A stretch of 63,014 nucleotides of DNA, taken from contig CAYNFH010000006.1 in assembly GCA_964396385.1 (NCBI GenBank), forward strand, positions 1 to 63,014, written 5' to 3'. The DNA comes from an uncultured Chthonomonadaceae bacterium. Lineage in GTDB: Bacteria; Armatimonadota; Chthonomonadetes; Chthonomonadales; CAJBBX01. Of this stretch, positions 9,351 to 18,357 are shown one piece after another (the first letter of the stretch is position 1; every line of letters starts with the position of its first letter). Below the pieces are notes generated by a model that worked only from the letters and a program-made list of their open reading frames with translations, ran no database searches and was not told the origin of the DNA. Both the position numbers and the translations under genes were made by a program.

Positions 9351-10265
9351 TCACCATGTCATGAGTTCCTGCCGGCCTCCGTCGATGGAGGCTAGCTCGG
9401 GCGTACCGGAATCGGGAACAGTCACGGTGGGGGCAACATACTCGTGCGGCACTGTGGTGTCGCCGGCGGACAGGATAACGCCAATAACCAGGGGGCTTGT
9501 GCCGTACCCGGTCGGAACTGTGGGCGTCTCCGCTACCTGCGTGGAGCTGCCGCCCTTCAGAGCGCCGTGAGAGACGGCGTGCCATACGGCCTCGGCCGCT
9601 TCTCTGGAGGCGCTGGCCACGTAGATGGGCGTGGTAAACGCGCGATGATGATGATAGTGATGATGATGGGATGATAACCGATGGCGAAGGACGGAGGTCG
9701 GGCGGAAGCTAACCTGCTTCTGCGTGACCGCGTGGACTATCTCCGATCCGCTGTCTTCCAGAGCGTCATTCCGCTCCTTGGCGGTCCCAGGTCGGTTTGC
9801 GGCATTTCCTTCAGTATGCTTCGGTCGGTCTGCAATCTGTGTAAGCCCGCTGCCTGCATTGCTCTCTGTTTGCTGGCCAATTCCTGCCTCCTGCCTCCTG
9901 CCGCCCACCGCCAGATTCACTGCTTTAGTAATGCCGCGCGGGTGGCCATGTCCCAGCGCCAGGGCCAGCGCCAGGCCGGCGGCGCTGATGGCCGGCATGC
10001 GCACGGGCCACCCGGAAGCCTGGCGGGACTGCAGGCCGCACAGGCGCTGGCGTACGGCAGGCCAGTCGTAAGGCGGGTCAACCGGCTCGGCCCGCAGCGC
10101 GGCCAGCATTGCCTGGGTCTGCCGCTCCGCTTCCTCCTGAACGCGGCACTCCCGGCAGCGCTCCAGGTGGGCCGCAATGGCGGGCCGGCTCTCCTGTGGC
10201 AGCTCACCGAGGACATACTCGGTCAGTCTGGACCGAACGCGACGACAACGAATGAGGCTCCACAT
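9351..10265 (-). CDS. zf-HC2 (ZAS) anti-sigma factor
   Basis: HLERCREC (Hx3Cx2C), single transmembrane helix, directly downstream of the ECF sigma factor. Confidence 0.8.
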   Translation of the reverse strand: MWSLIRCRRVRSRLTEYVLGELPQESRPAIAAHLERCRECRVQEEAERQTQAMLAALRAEPVDPPYDWPAVRQRLCGLQSRQASGWPVRMPAISAAGLALALALGHGHPRGITKAVNLAVGGRRQEAGIGQQTESNAGSGLTQIADRPKHTEGNAANRPGTAKERNDALEDSGSEIVHAVTQKQVSFRPTSVLRHRLSSHHHHYHHHRAFTTPIYVASASREAAEAVWHAVSHGALKGGSSTQVAETPTVPTGYGTSPLVIGVILSAGDTTVPHEYVAPTVTVPDSGTPELASIDGGRQELMTW

Positions 10266-10268
10266 CTC

Positions 10269-10859
10269 CTATTTCCTCACCTCCAGGAGACGCATGACGC
10301 GCTCCCTGAGGCGCGACCTTGCCCTGAATAGTTTTACGTTCAGGTGGCGGGCGGTGCAGCCCAAAATCAAGGCGGCCTCGTCCGTGCTGACATTTTCCAC
10401 GTCCCGAAGCAGGATTACTTCCCGATCGGCCGGGGACATCCGGCTGAGCGCTCGCAGGATAGTATCGATGGTATCCGCCCGCTCCACCACATTGGAGGGA
10501 TCTGCGGACCGGTCGTGCCCGTTGGTGGCCTCCACAAGCTGCGGGTCGTACGGCACCTCCCTGCGTCTCGCGGCGGACCGGGCGCGGTCCCGGCAGAGGT
10601 TGGCGCAGATGCGCATGAGCCAGGTCTGGAGGGAGGCGTGGTTCCGGAAGGAGCCGATGCCCTGAAAGGCTCGGACAAAGGTCTCTTGCCGGATGTCCAT
10701 GGCGTCCTCCGCGTTGCCGAGCATGTGGTAGGCATAGCGGTAGACCAGCCGTCCGTACGTTGCGTAGAGCTCGCCGAACCCATCCACGTCCCCGGCGCGA
10801 CATCTCGCCAGGAGCTGGTCTTCCGGCACCTGCATTGCCACCTCAGAACGAGCCACCAT
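10269..10859 (-). CDS. ECF RNA polymerase sigma-70 factor
   Basis: DAMDIRQETFVRA, TWLMRICANLCRD, region 4 KLFRARSRLR. Confidence 0.92.
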   Translation of the reverse strand: MVARSEVAMQVPEDQLLARCRAGDVDGFGELYATYGRLVYRYAYHMLGNAEDAMDIRQETFVRAFQGIGSFRNHASLQTWLMRICANLCRDRARSAARRREVPYDPQLVEATNGHDRSADPSNVVERADTIDTILRALSRMSPADREVILLRDVENVSTDEAALILGCTARHLNVKLFRARSRLRERVMRLLEVRK

Positions 10860-10924
10860 CCGTATCCCCGGGAGCAGATCGCAAATATAGACGAGACGCG
10901 GGCGAGTATATTACGAACCAAGGC

Positions 10925-10952
10925 GACGGAAGACGGAAGACGGACGACGGAC
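10925..10952 (+). repeat. Heptamer array GACGGA(A/C) x4
   Basis: GACGGAA GACGGAA GACGGAC GACGGAC in the divergent intergenic region. Confidence 0.75.
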
Positions 10953-11035
10953 CAGAAGCGGTTCGGAGACCTCTCAGCCTCTCGGACAGGTGCCGGGGCC
11001 GGAGACCCCGGCCGAAGTCCGCGTTGGAAACCAGG

Positions 11036-11692
11036 ATGATCCAGTTTCAGGACGTGCGCAAGATCTATACCGCCGGAAGGACGGCCGTCACCGCGCTGGA
11101 CGGCGTCACGTTGAAGATTGGCGTGGGCGAATTCGTGGCCGTGACGGGCCCGAGCGGCAGCGGTAAATCCACGCTCCTGCACCTGGCCGGCGGCCTGGAC
11201 GTGCCGACGGAAGGCAGCGTCTGGGTGGATGGCCGCGACACACGGCTCATGGGCGATGACGACCTGACACTGCTCCGGAGGCGCCGCATCGGGTTTGTGT
11301 TCCAGTTCTTCAACCTCATTCCTACCCTGTCCGTTCTGGAGAACGTTGCGCTCCCGGCGATGCTTTCCGGCGGCCGGCTGCGGGCGCAGAGGCCGCGCGT
11401 GGAGGCTCTTTTAGAACGCGTAGGGCTGGGGGCGCGATTGAGCCACCTGCCGGAAGAGCTGTCCGGAGGTGAGATGCAGAGAGTGGCGATTGCGCGCGCC
11501 CTGGTCAACGATCCGCCCATGCTGCTGGCGGATGAGCCCACCGGCAACCTGGATTCCGAGACCGGCCGAGGGATAGTCCGGCTGCTGCGCGAGCTGCACG
11601 GTGAGAGGACCGTGGTCATCGTCACCCACGACGAAGCCGTGGCGGCGGAGGCCGACCGGGTGGTGCGGCTCAAAGACGGCCAGGCAGCATGA
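11036..11692 (+). CDS. ABC transporter ATP-binding protein (LolD/MacB-like)
   Basis: GPSGSGKS, LSGGEMQRVAIARAL, LLADEPTGNLD. Confidence 0.93.
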   Translation: MIQFQDVRKIYTAGRTAVTALDGVTLKIGVGEFVAVTGPSGSGKSTLLHLAGGLDVPTEGSVWVDGRDTRLMGDDDLTLLRRRRIGFVFQFFNLIPTLSVLENVALPAMLSGGRLRAQRPRVEALLERVGLGARLSHLPEELSGGEMQRVAIARALVNDPPMLLADEPTGNLDSETGRGIVRLLRELHGERTVVIVTHDEAVAAEADRVVRLKDGQAA

Positions 11693-14226
11693 GGGCCCTC
11701 TTTCTCCTGTTCAGCCTGCGCCACTTGCTCAGCCGGCGGTTCCGTGCGTTGCTGGGCTTCGCCGCCGTCGCCCTCGGGGTGGCGCCGTACACCTCTACCA
11801 CGATCATCATCCAGAGCACCCAGGAGTCGATGCGTGAGAATGCGCGCGCTCTGGCGGGACGCGCGGAGTGGCAGGTGACCCGGGGCGGTTCGCTGGGCGT
11901 TGAGGAGAGTCTCGCCGGTAGCCTGCGCCGCGCTCCCGGAGCGATTGTGGCGCCCATCATCCAGTCCTCGGCGGTGATGGTTGAGCCGCGCGCGGGAACG
12001 CTCATGGTCCTGGGCGTAGACTTCGGCTCCGACTCGCTCCTCAGACTCTATCGCTTCTCCGGAGCCGTCGATCCGCTGGCCTTCGCGGCCACGGCGTTCA
12101 TTCCGGACGGCGTTGTGTTGGCGAAGCCGTTCGCGCTGGAGCACGGGCTGCACCCCGGCGACACGATCCGGGTCGGCACGCGCATCGGCGTCCAGACGCT
12201 CACGGTGACCGGCCTCCTGGAACCAGTAGGGCCGGCGCGGGCGTTTCCGGGCGGCTTCGGTGTGATGGAGCTGCACGCGGCGCAGCGGCTTTTCGGCGGG
12301 CCGGGGTTCGTGGACCGAATCGAGGTGGCGGGGGCGTCCCGCGCCCAGATAGAGCGAGGTTGTCCCGGTTGCGAGGTCACGCGCGCCGGGCAGATCGGCT
12401 CGGTTGCGGAGGACGCGATCGGGCGCATGGAGTCGCTTGGGGCGCTGAGCGTCGTCGCCATGCTCGTGGGGCTCTTGATCATCTACAACTCGGTGCAGGT
12501 CTCCGTGGTCGAGCTGTGGAGGCAGATCGGAACGTTGCGCGCCCTGGGCGCTACCCGGCGGCAGCTTCTCGTCGTAATCGTGCTGGAGTGGAGCGCCGTC
12601 GCCGTTTGCGGCTCCGTGGTAGGAGTTGCGTTGGGCTATGGGCTCGCTCGCGGCATGCTGCAGTACACGGTGCGCGCCCTCAACGCGATGCTCCCGCTGG
12701 TGACCACAGACCACCTCCGGCTGCCCGCGGCGCTAGCCCTTATCAGCGGCCTGAGCGGGATAGCGACCGCCGGACTGGCGGCCGCGTTGGGTTCCTGGTG
12801 GGCCGTGCGCCAGCCTCCCCTGCGGCTGCTGAGGCCGCACGCGGTGGCAAGCCAGCGTGGCTTCATGCTCCCGTTTGCCGCGGGGCTCGTGCTGGTCGCG
12901 GCGGGCGTGGGATCTGTCTACTCCTTTCGCTCCACGCCGTCCGTGAGCCTGATAGCGACGGCGCTGCTCTTCCTCGGGGTAGTGGTGATGATGCCGCAGA
13001 TCGTTCTGAGCGGCGGGCGGGGAGCGCGGGGCGCGCTCGGCCGCCTATTCGGGGTGGAGGGGTTCCTGGCGGCGGACAACATGGTCAAGGCGCCCCAGCG
13101 GACGGCGCTCACGGCCGTAACGCTGGGCGGCGCTCTGGCGCTGATGATCGCGAGCGCGACGATGCTGGAGGGATTCCGCACCGCTACCTCCCGCTGGATC
13201 CGCCAGGCGCTGCCCATGGACTTCACGGTGACCCCCATCAACTTCGCCAACAGCCTCTACAGCGGCCAGACTATTCCGAGGTCACTTCTGGAGGAGATAC
13301 GCCGCACGTCCGGCGCGGAGATCGTGTACGGCGTGCGATCCCTGTTTGCCGAGTTCCGAGGCAACCAGATCATGATCGTCGGCGTCGAGACTCGCCCCTA
13401 TTTCGAGGTGCACCGGCGCCGCGGCCTGAGCGAGTGGGCGCGCGGCATTGCGGGTGAGGAGGTCGTGCGCCGGCTGGCGACCGGGGAAGGGATTATCGTC
13501 TCTGATAACTTCGCGGCGCTTTACGGCGTGCGGCCCGGCGAGGACGTGCGGCTCCAAACGCCCACCGGAGAGGTCCCGCTTCGCGTGGTGCGGTCCGTAG
13601 AGGACTACTCCTGGCTCAGGGGGACGATGATCATGGACTTGGACGTGCTGGCGCGACTGTGGAAAGACGATAGCTTGACATACGTGGACGTCTACGCGGG
13701 CCGGCCCGCCGCGATCCCGGAGGTGCGCGCCCGCATCTCCGAGCGGCTGCGCGGGCGATACTCGCTCTACCTCTTCGACAGGAACCAGATCGCCCGCATC
13801 AGCGACGACGTGCTGCGGCAGACGGTCGCGGTAGCGGACGTGCAGGTGGTGACCGCCAGTGTCATCGGTTTCCTGGGCATCGTCAACAGCCTGCTCATCG
13901 GCGTGCTCCAGCGGTACCGGGAGATTGGATTGCTGCGCGCAATCGGCATGACGGCGGGCGGCGTGGGCCGGATGGTGGTACTGGAAGGGGTGTTCGTGGC
14001 CGTGCTGGCGGGAGGAATCGGTGTGGCGGGAGGCCTCCTGGGCGGCTGGATACCGCTGCGCCAGTTCTCCTTCGCCATGACGGGGCTGCTGTTTCCCGTG
14101 GTGACGCCGTGGCATACTCTCGGCATCTCTCTGGCGACCGCCATTGTGCTGGGGCTGGTGGCGAGTCTCCTGCCGGCCCGCCGCGCCGCCGCCCTCAATG
14201 TTTTGGATGCCATCGGGTACGAGTAG
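11689..14226 (+). CDS. FtsX/MacB-like ABC permease (two MacB_PCD/FtsX halves)
   Basis: RQIGTLRALGA and REIGLLRAIG motifs, ends PARRAAALNVLDAIGYE; ATGA overlap with the ATPase. Confidence 0.9.
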   Translation: MRALFLLFSLRHLLSRRFRALLGFAAVALGVAPYTSTTIIIQSTQESMRENARALAGRAEWQVTRGGSLGVEESLAGSLRRAPGAIVAPIIQSSAVMVEPRAGTLMVLGVDFGSDSLLRLYRFSGAVDPLAFAATAFIPDGVVLAKPFALEHGLHPGDTIRVGTRIGVQTLTVTGLLEPVGPARAFPGGFGVMELHAAQRLFGGPGFVDRIEVAGASRAQIERGCPGCEVTRAGQIGSVAEDAIGRMESLGALSVVAMLVGLLIIYNSVQVSVVELWRQIGTLRALGATRRQLLVVIVLEWSAVAVCGSVVGVALGYGLARGMLQYTVRALNAMLPLVTTDHLRLPAALALISGLSGIATAGLAAALGSWWAVRQPPLRLLRPHAVASQRGFMLPFAAGLVLVAAGVGSVYSFRSTPSVSLIATALLFLGVVVMMPQIVLSGGRGARGALGRLFGVEGFLAADNMVKAPQRTALTAVTLGGALALMIASATMLEGFRTATSRWIRQALPMDFTVTPINFANSLYSGQTIPRSLLEEIRRTSGAEIVYGVRSLFAEFRGNQIMIVGVETRPYFEVHRRRGLSEWARGIAGEEVVRRLATGEGIIVSDNFAALYGVRPGEDVRLQTPTGEVPLRVVRSVEDYSWLRGTMIMDLDVLARLWKDDSLTYVDVYAGRPAAIPEVRARISERLRGRYSLYLFDRNQIARISDDVLRQTVAVADVQVVTASVIGFLGIVNSLLIGVLQRYREIGLLRAIGMTAGGVGRMVVLEGVFVAVLAGGIGVAGGLLGGWIPLRQFSFAMTGLLFPVVTPWHTLGISLATAIVLGLVASLLPARRAAALNVLDAIGYE

Positions 14227-14235
14227 CGGGACGGA

Positions 14236-15315
14236 TTAGATCACCGGTTGGGCGGGTCTCAGCTCGTCTATCAGGCGGGGCTCGCCGGTGGAGGGGTCCG
14301 CAAAGTACCAGTGGGTCCAGCCGTTACAGGCCGGCAGACCGAGGCAGAGGGCCGCCACTTTGTGGATGGAGCCGCGGAATCCGTTGGAGGTGAGCGTCCC
14401 GTCCGGGTTAATGGTAGCGGTGACGCCGGCCTTCTTGAGGGTAAGGCGTGTGCCGGCGGGGAGGAGCCCCTGCTCCACCAGGCTCACAAACGGGATACGC
14501 GGCTTGGGCGCATCCAGCGAGATGCCCTCCTCCGGCGTTGCTGCGGGTTCTACCCGGGCTAGCCGCTTTCGTGCGAGCTTCACATACCGCTCCTCCCTGT
14601 CCACGGTGATGTAGTGGCGGCCCAGCTTCCTGGCTACCGCAGCCGTGGTCCCGGTCCCGCAGAAAGGGTCCAGCACCAGGTCCCCGGGGTTGGAGGTAGC
14701 GGAGATTACTCGGTGGAGCAGCGCTTCCGGCTTCTGGGTGGTGTGGGCCTTCTCGCCGTTCACCATGATGCGCTCCCTGCCGGAGCAGATGGGGATGTAC
14801 CAGTCCGAGCGCATCTGCCGGTCCTCGTTGCCCGCCTTCATCTCCTTGTAGTGAAAGGTGTACCTGGCCTGCTCTCTGGACTTCTTGGCCCACAGCAGCG
14901 TCTCGTGTGCATTGCAGAATCGTACCCCTTTCATGTTGGGCAGAGGATTCATCTTCACCCACGCGACATCGTTGAGGATCCAGAAGCCCAGGTCCAGCAT
15001 GATGGCGCCGACGCGGTAGATGTTGTGGTAGGAGCCGATCACCCAGAGAGTGGCGGTGTCCTTCATCACCCGGCGGGCCGCCGTCAGCCACTCTCGCGTG
15101 AACGAGTCGTACTCTTCGAAGGAGGCGAATTGGTCCCACTCGTCGTGTGCGGCGTCGACCAGGGTCATGTTGGGGCGATAGAGGCTGCCCGGAAGCTGGA
15201 GGTTGTAGGGCGGGTCCGCGAACACCAGGTCCACGCACCTCTCGGGCAGGGAGCTCATCACCTCCACGGCATCTCCGAGTAGGATCTGGTCGATGGGCGG
15301 TTGGGACGTATCCAC
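14236..15315 (-). CDS. ccrM: Orphan beta-class N6-adenine DNA methyltransferase, CcrM/M.HinfI-like (predicted GANTC)
   Basis: FADPPYNLQL, WVIGSYHNI, LGFWILND, QMRSDW, TQKPEALL, DPFCGTGT and a CcrM-type C-terminal domain (GSIHK...CNGWTHW); no restriction gene adjacent; target site inferred from family. Confidence 0.85.
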   Translation of the reverse strand: MDTSQPPIDQILLGDAVEVMSSLPERCVDLVFADPPYNLQLPGSLYRPNMTLVDAAHDEWDQFASFEEYDSFTREWLTAARRVMKDTATLWVIGSYHNIYRVGAIMLDLGFWILNDVAWVKMNPLPNMKGVRFCNAHETLLWAKKSREQARYTFHYKEMKAGNEDRQMRSDWYIPICSGRERIMVNGEKAHTTQKPEALLHRVISATSNPGDLVLDPFCGTGTTAAVARKLGRHYITVDREERYVKLARKRLARVEPAATPEEGISLDAPKPRIPFVSLVEQGLLPAGTRLTLKKAGVTATINPDGTLTSNGFRGSIHKVAALCLGLPACNGWTHWYFADPSTGEPRLIDELRPAQPVI

Positions 15316-15330
15316 TCTACAGCAGCTCCT

Positions 15331-15362
15331 GTGTTCGGTATTCAGGCGGTCAGGCGTTCAGC
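15331..15362 (+). repeat. Degenerate octamer array (GGCGTTCA family)
   Basis: GTGTTCGG TATTCAGG CGGTCAGG CGTTCAGC in the methyltransferase leader. Confidence 0.55.
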
Positions 15363-15435
15363 CCACAGCACATGCACCATACCGCTATTCGCGTGAATGG
15401 TTCGAATCCGGAAGATAAGATTCGCCGCCGAGCAG

Positions 15436-16236
15436 TCAGCTCCCTGTTGAGGCGTAGTGGCGCACGCCCAGCTTCCAGACCTGGAGGGAAACGGCGAGGA
15501 AAGCCATGCCGATGAGTGGCGCGAGCCAGGCGGCGGCAGGCGGCAGCCCCAACCGCGCGGCGGAGGGGAGGATGGCGCCGGCCGGAAGGTAGTTGACGCA
15601 GGCCAGCGGCACCACAAAGGTGAAGAAGCGCCGGAACCAGGGGCGGTAGATGGTCATCGGGTACTGCCCGGTCTCCGTCCCGCCGTAGGTCACCGTGTTC
15701 ATGATCTCCAGCGTCTCCACCGTCCAGAAGGCAAGGGTGGCCTGGAACACGAACAGTCCGAAGAAGAGGCACATCCCGCCCAGGATGGCCAGGCCGATGA
15801 GCGCGAGCTTGACCGGCTGCTCCACCAGGCCCAGCTTCCACATGGCCCAGCCCAGCACGCAGGCGCCCTGTAGCAGCCGTCCCACCCGCATGAGCTGGAG
15901 CTCCTGCGCCGCCACCTGAAAGGCCGTGCCGCGCGGCCGGAGGAGCAGGCGGTCGAAGTCGCCGCTCTTGACCAGAGCCGGGAAGACATCGAAGCCGCGC
16001 GCGACCGCCTCCGCCAGGGCGAAGGCGATGTTCACCATCCCGTACAGCACTCCCACCTCCGGCAGGCTCCAGCCGCGCAGGCTCCCAAACCGCTGGAACA
16101 GGAAGAGGATGCCCGCGAACTCCACGCCGGTGGCCAGCAGCATTCCCGCCGCCTGCATGAAGAAGGACATCCGGTACTGCATCTGCGCCCGGATCGAGAT
16201 CGATATGTACCGTAGATACAGATTCAGGATATTCAT
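15436..16236 (-). CDS. ABC-2 family permease (DUF990-like)
   Basis: QMQYRMSF, LRGWSLPEV, GDFDRLLLRP, YPMTIY. Confidence 0.88.
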   Translation of the reverse strand: MNILNLYLRYISISIRAQMQYRMSFFMQAAGMLLATGVEFAGILFLFQRFGSLRGWSLPEVGVLYGMVNIAFALAEAVARGFDVFPALVKSGDFDRLLLRPRGTAFQVAAQELQLMRVGRLLQGACVLGWAMWKLGLVEQPVKLALIGLAILGGMCLFFGLFVFQATLAFWTVETLEIMNTVTYGGTETGQYPMTIYRPWFRRFFTFVVPLACVNYLPAGAILPSAARLGLPPAAAWLAPLIGMAFLAVSLQVWKLGVRHYASTGS

Positions 16237-16252
16237 TCTGAGTACCTGGCGC

Positions 16253-16320
16253 TGACCTGGTGACCTGGTGACCTGGTGAGTAATGCAATCCGTTCACCTT
16301 GTCACCTTGTCACCAGGTCA
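16253..16320. repeat. Head-to-head octamer arrays (TGACCTGG)x3 / (TCACCTTG)x2 + TCACCAGG
   Basis: Same family as 6195-6248; its last three bases are the stop codon of the adjacent permease. Confidence 0.8.
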
Positions 16321-17109
16321 TCCCCCCTGCACCACGAGCCGTCGGGATGCCTGCGAGACCAGGAAGCGGCCGAATAGGGCCAGCGCCAGAGTCCAGGCGA
16401 GCTGGGTGGCCAGGATCGCGGGCAGGTCCGAAGCGGGAATCTGGCCCATGTAGAGCCGGAAGGGCGTATCCACCACGTAACGGAACGGTAGCGCGTTGAG
16501 GATAGGCTGCGCCCAGTCCGGGAAGAGGGGAAGCGGGATCAACAGCCCGGAGAGCGTGAGCGCGAGACTGGGCATGAGTCGAGCCACACCCTCCGCGGAG
16601 ATCGTCCACAGCAGGGAGATGGTCATGAGCAGCGAGATGGCGCTGGAGAGCAACGCGGCCGCAGCCGTGGAGAGCGCCCAGGCTCCCGCCGAAGCCCAGG
16701 AAGGCGGCCACATCATCCCGAACCAGAGACCCGCCGCCAGCAGCATCGGAACGGACCGGAGCAGCGTAGGCGCAGTACGCTGTGCGAAGGCCCGGGCGTA
16801 CCAGATCCCGTACAGGTCCACCGGCCGGAGCAGCTCGTAGGCCACGGTGCCGGTGCGGATCATGGTTCGCACGTCCGGGTCCACGGTCCAGGGGAGGAGC
16901 GCGAAGAACGCCTGCCCGAGCCATACGTAAGTCACGGCCTGCGGGAGCGTCATCGGCTGGTGCGCCGTGCTGGAGCGGTAGAACGCCTCGAAGATCATGA
17001 CGCGGATGAAGCCCCAGAAGAGCTGCGTGCCGAACCCGGCTGCGGCGGCCGCGCGGTACTGCAGCAGCAGCCGGAACCGGGCGCTGAGGACCGTAAGGTA
17101 CGGTTTCAT
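16318..17109 (-). CDS. ABC-2 family permease (DUF990-like)
   Basis: LLQYRAAA, YVWLGQ, IRTGTVAYELLRPVD, SGLLIPLPLFP. Confidence 0.88.
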   Translation of the reverse strand: MKPYLTVLSARFRLLLQYRAAAAAGFGTQLFWGFIRVMIFEAFYRSSTAHQPMTLPQAVTYVWLGQAFFALLPWTVDPDVRTMIRTGTVAYELLRPVDLYGIWYARAFAQRTAPTLLRSVPMLLAAGLWFGMMWPPSWASAGAWALSTAAAALLSSAISLLMTISLLWTISAEGVARLMPSLALTLSGLLIPLPLFPDWAQPILNALPFRYVVDTPFRLYMGQIPASDLPAILATQLAWTLALALFGRFLVSQASRRLVVQGG

Positions 17110-17140
17110 GCCGTTACCCGCCCCGCCGGGTATACAGAGA

Positions 17141-17220
17141 TGGAGTAGTTGGGTAATGGAGTGCTGGAGGAATGGATATCCGGATTCCAATGCCCCAGAA
17201 CTCCAACGCTCCATCACTCC
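17141..17220. repeat. Head-to-head octamer arrays (TGGAGTNN)n / (TCCANNNC)n with TCCGGATTCC core
   Basis: Degenerate units visible on both sides; fills most of a divergent intergenic region. Confidence 0.75.
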
Positions 17221-17237
17221 TCTCCGGGAGGCCTGAC

Positions 17238-18152
17238 ATGGATACTCGCCGCATCGGCTCTCTGGAAGTATCGGTAGTCGGGATCGGCTGCAACAACTTC
17301 GGCAGTCGGCTAGACGCCCAGGGCACGGCCGCGGTGGTCGACGCCGCGCTGGACGCCGGCATCAACCTCTTCGATACGGCGGACGTGTACGGCAAGACCC
17401 AGAGTGAGGTCTTCCTTGGCCAGGCACTCCGGGGCCGGCGGGACCGGGCGATCATCGCCACCAAGTTCGGCCACGCGGTGGCGGAGGACAAGAAGGGCGC
17501 CCGACCGCAGTACGTCCGGCAGGCCGCCGACGCCAGCCTCCAGCGCCTGGGCATCGACACAATCGACCTCTATCAGCTCCACACGCCGGACCCGCAGACG
17601 CCGATTGGGGACACCCTGGCTGCGCTGAACGAGCTGGTCCAGGCCGGCAAGGTGCGGGAGATAGGCTGCTCCAACTTTACCGCCGAACAGCTCCGCGAGG
17701 CGGAAGAGGCGGCGCGCGGCGGGGCGAGGTTCGTGAGCGTGCAGAACCAGTATAGCCTGCTTCAGCGGGAACCGGAGCAGGGGGTGCTGCAGACGTGCAA
17801 GGAGCTGGACATCGCCTTCATTCCCTACTTCCCATTGGCGAGTGGGCTGCTTACCGGTAAATACCGCCAGGGCCGGCCCCTGCCGGAGGGGACGCGCATC
17901 ACCTCCAATCCCGACTCGCCCTGGCTCAAGGAGCAGAACCTGCGGGCCGTGGAGAAGCTGGCCCAGTTCGCGGAATCCCGCGGCCACACGCTGCTGGAGC
18001 TGGCCTTCTCCTGGCTGCTCGCCCAGCCAACCGTTGCCAGCGTCATCGCCGGCGCCATGCGTCCGGACCAGGTCCGGGCAAACGCCGGCGCTGCCACGTG
18101 GAGCCTTACGGACGCGGACAGTGCGGACGTGGACCGTCTGTTGCGGGAATAG
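17238..18152 (+). CDS. Aldo/keto reductase
   Basis: GIGCNNFG, FDTADVY, IATKFG, IDLYQLH, PYFPLASGLLTGKY. Confidence 0.93.
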   Translation: MDTRRIGSLEVSVVGIGCNNFGSRLDAQGTAAVVDAALDAGINLFDTADVYGKTQSEVFLGQALRGRRDRAIIATKFGHAVAEDKKGARPQYVRQAADASLQRLGIDTIDLYQLHTPDPQTPIGDTLAALNELVQAGKVREIGCSNFTAEQLREAEEAARGGARFVSVQNQYSLLQREPEQGVLQTCKELDIAFIPYFPLASGLLTGKYRQGRPLPEGTRITSNPDSPWLKEQNLRAVEKLAQFAESRGHTLLELAFSWLLAQPTVASVIAGAMRPDQVRANAGAATWSLTDADSADVDRLLRE

Positions 18153-18155
18153 GGC

Positions 18156-18182
18156 CTCACGCAAAGGCGCAAAGCACGCAGA
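18156..18182 (+). repeat. CGCAAAG-family array, left arm
   Basis: CTCACGCAAAGGCGCAAAGCACGCAGA; the first 19 bp are the exact reverse complement of 22998-23016. Confidence 0.8.
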
Positions 18183-18192
18183 ATGATTCATA

Positions 18193-18335
18193 CGGGCACC
18201 GAGCTAGAACCCCGGTGCTCGTTTGCCCGCCGGGGGCTGAACCCCCCGGCTATTGGAGGTAAACCCCTTCGGGCTGCTGAGCCGGCTTCAGCCGGGTTCC
18301 CGTTCAATAGCGCAGGGGTTCCAGCCCGGCGCGGG
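18193..18335. repeat. REPIN-like composite: two inverted TAG-headed REP hairpins around a central hairpin
   Basis: CCGGGGGCTGAACCCCCCGGCTA (18230-18252), central CCGGCTTCAGCCGG, TAGCGCAGGGGTTCCAGCCCGGCGC (18308-18332). Confidence 0.6.
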
Positions 18336-18357
18336 GTTTGTCTGCCTCCAAATCACC

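Noticed and set aside
14236-15315. Type II restriction-modification system
   Set aside because: No endonuclease-like ORF adjacent; neighbours are ABC permeases
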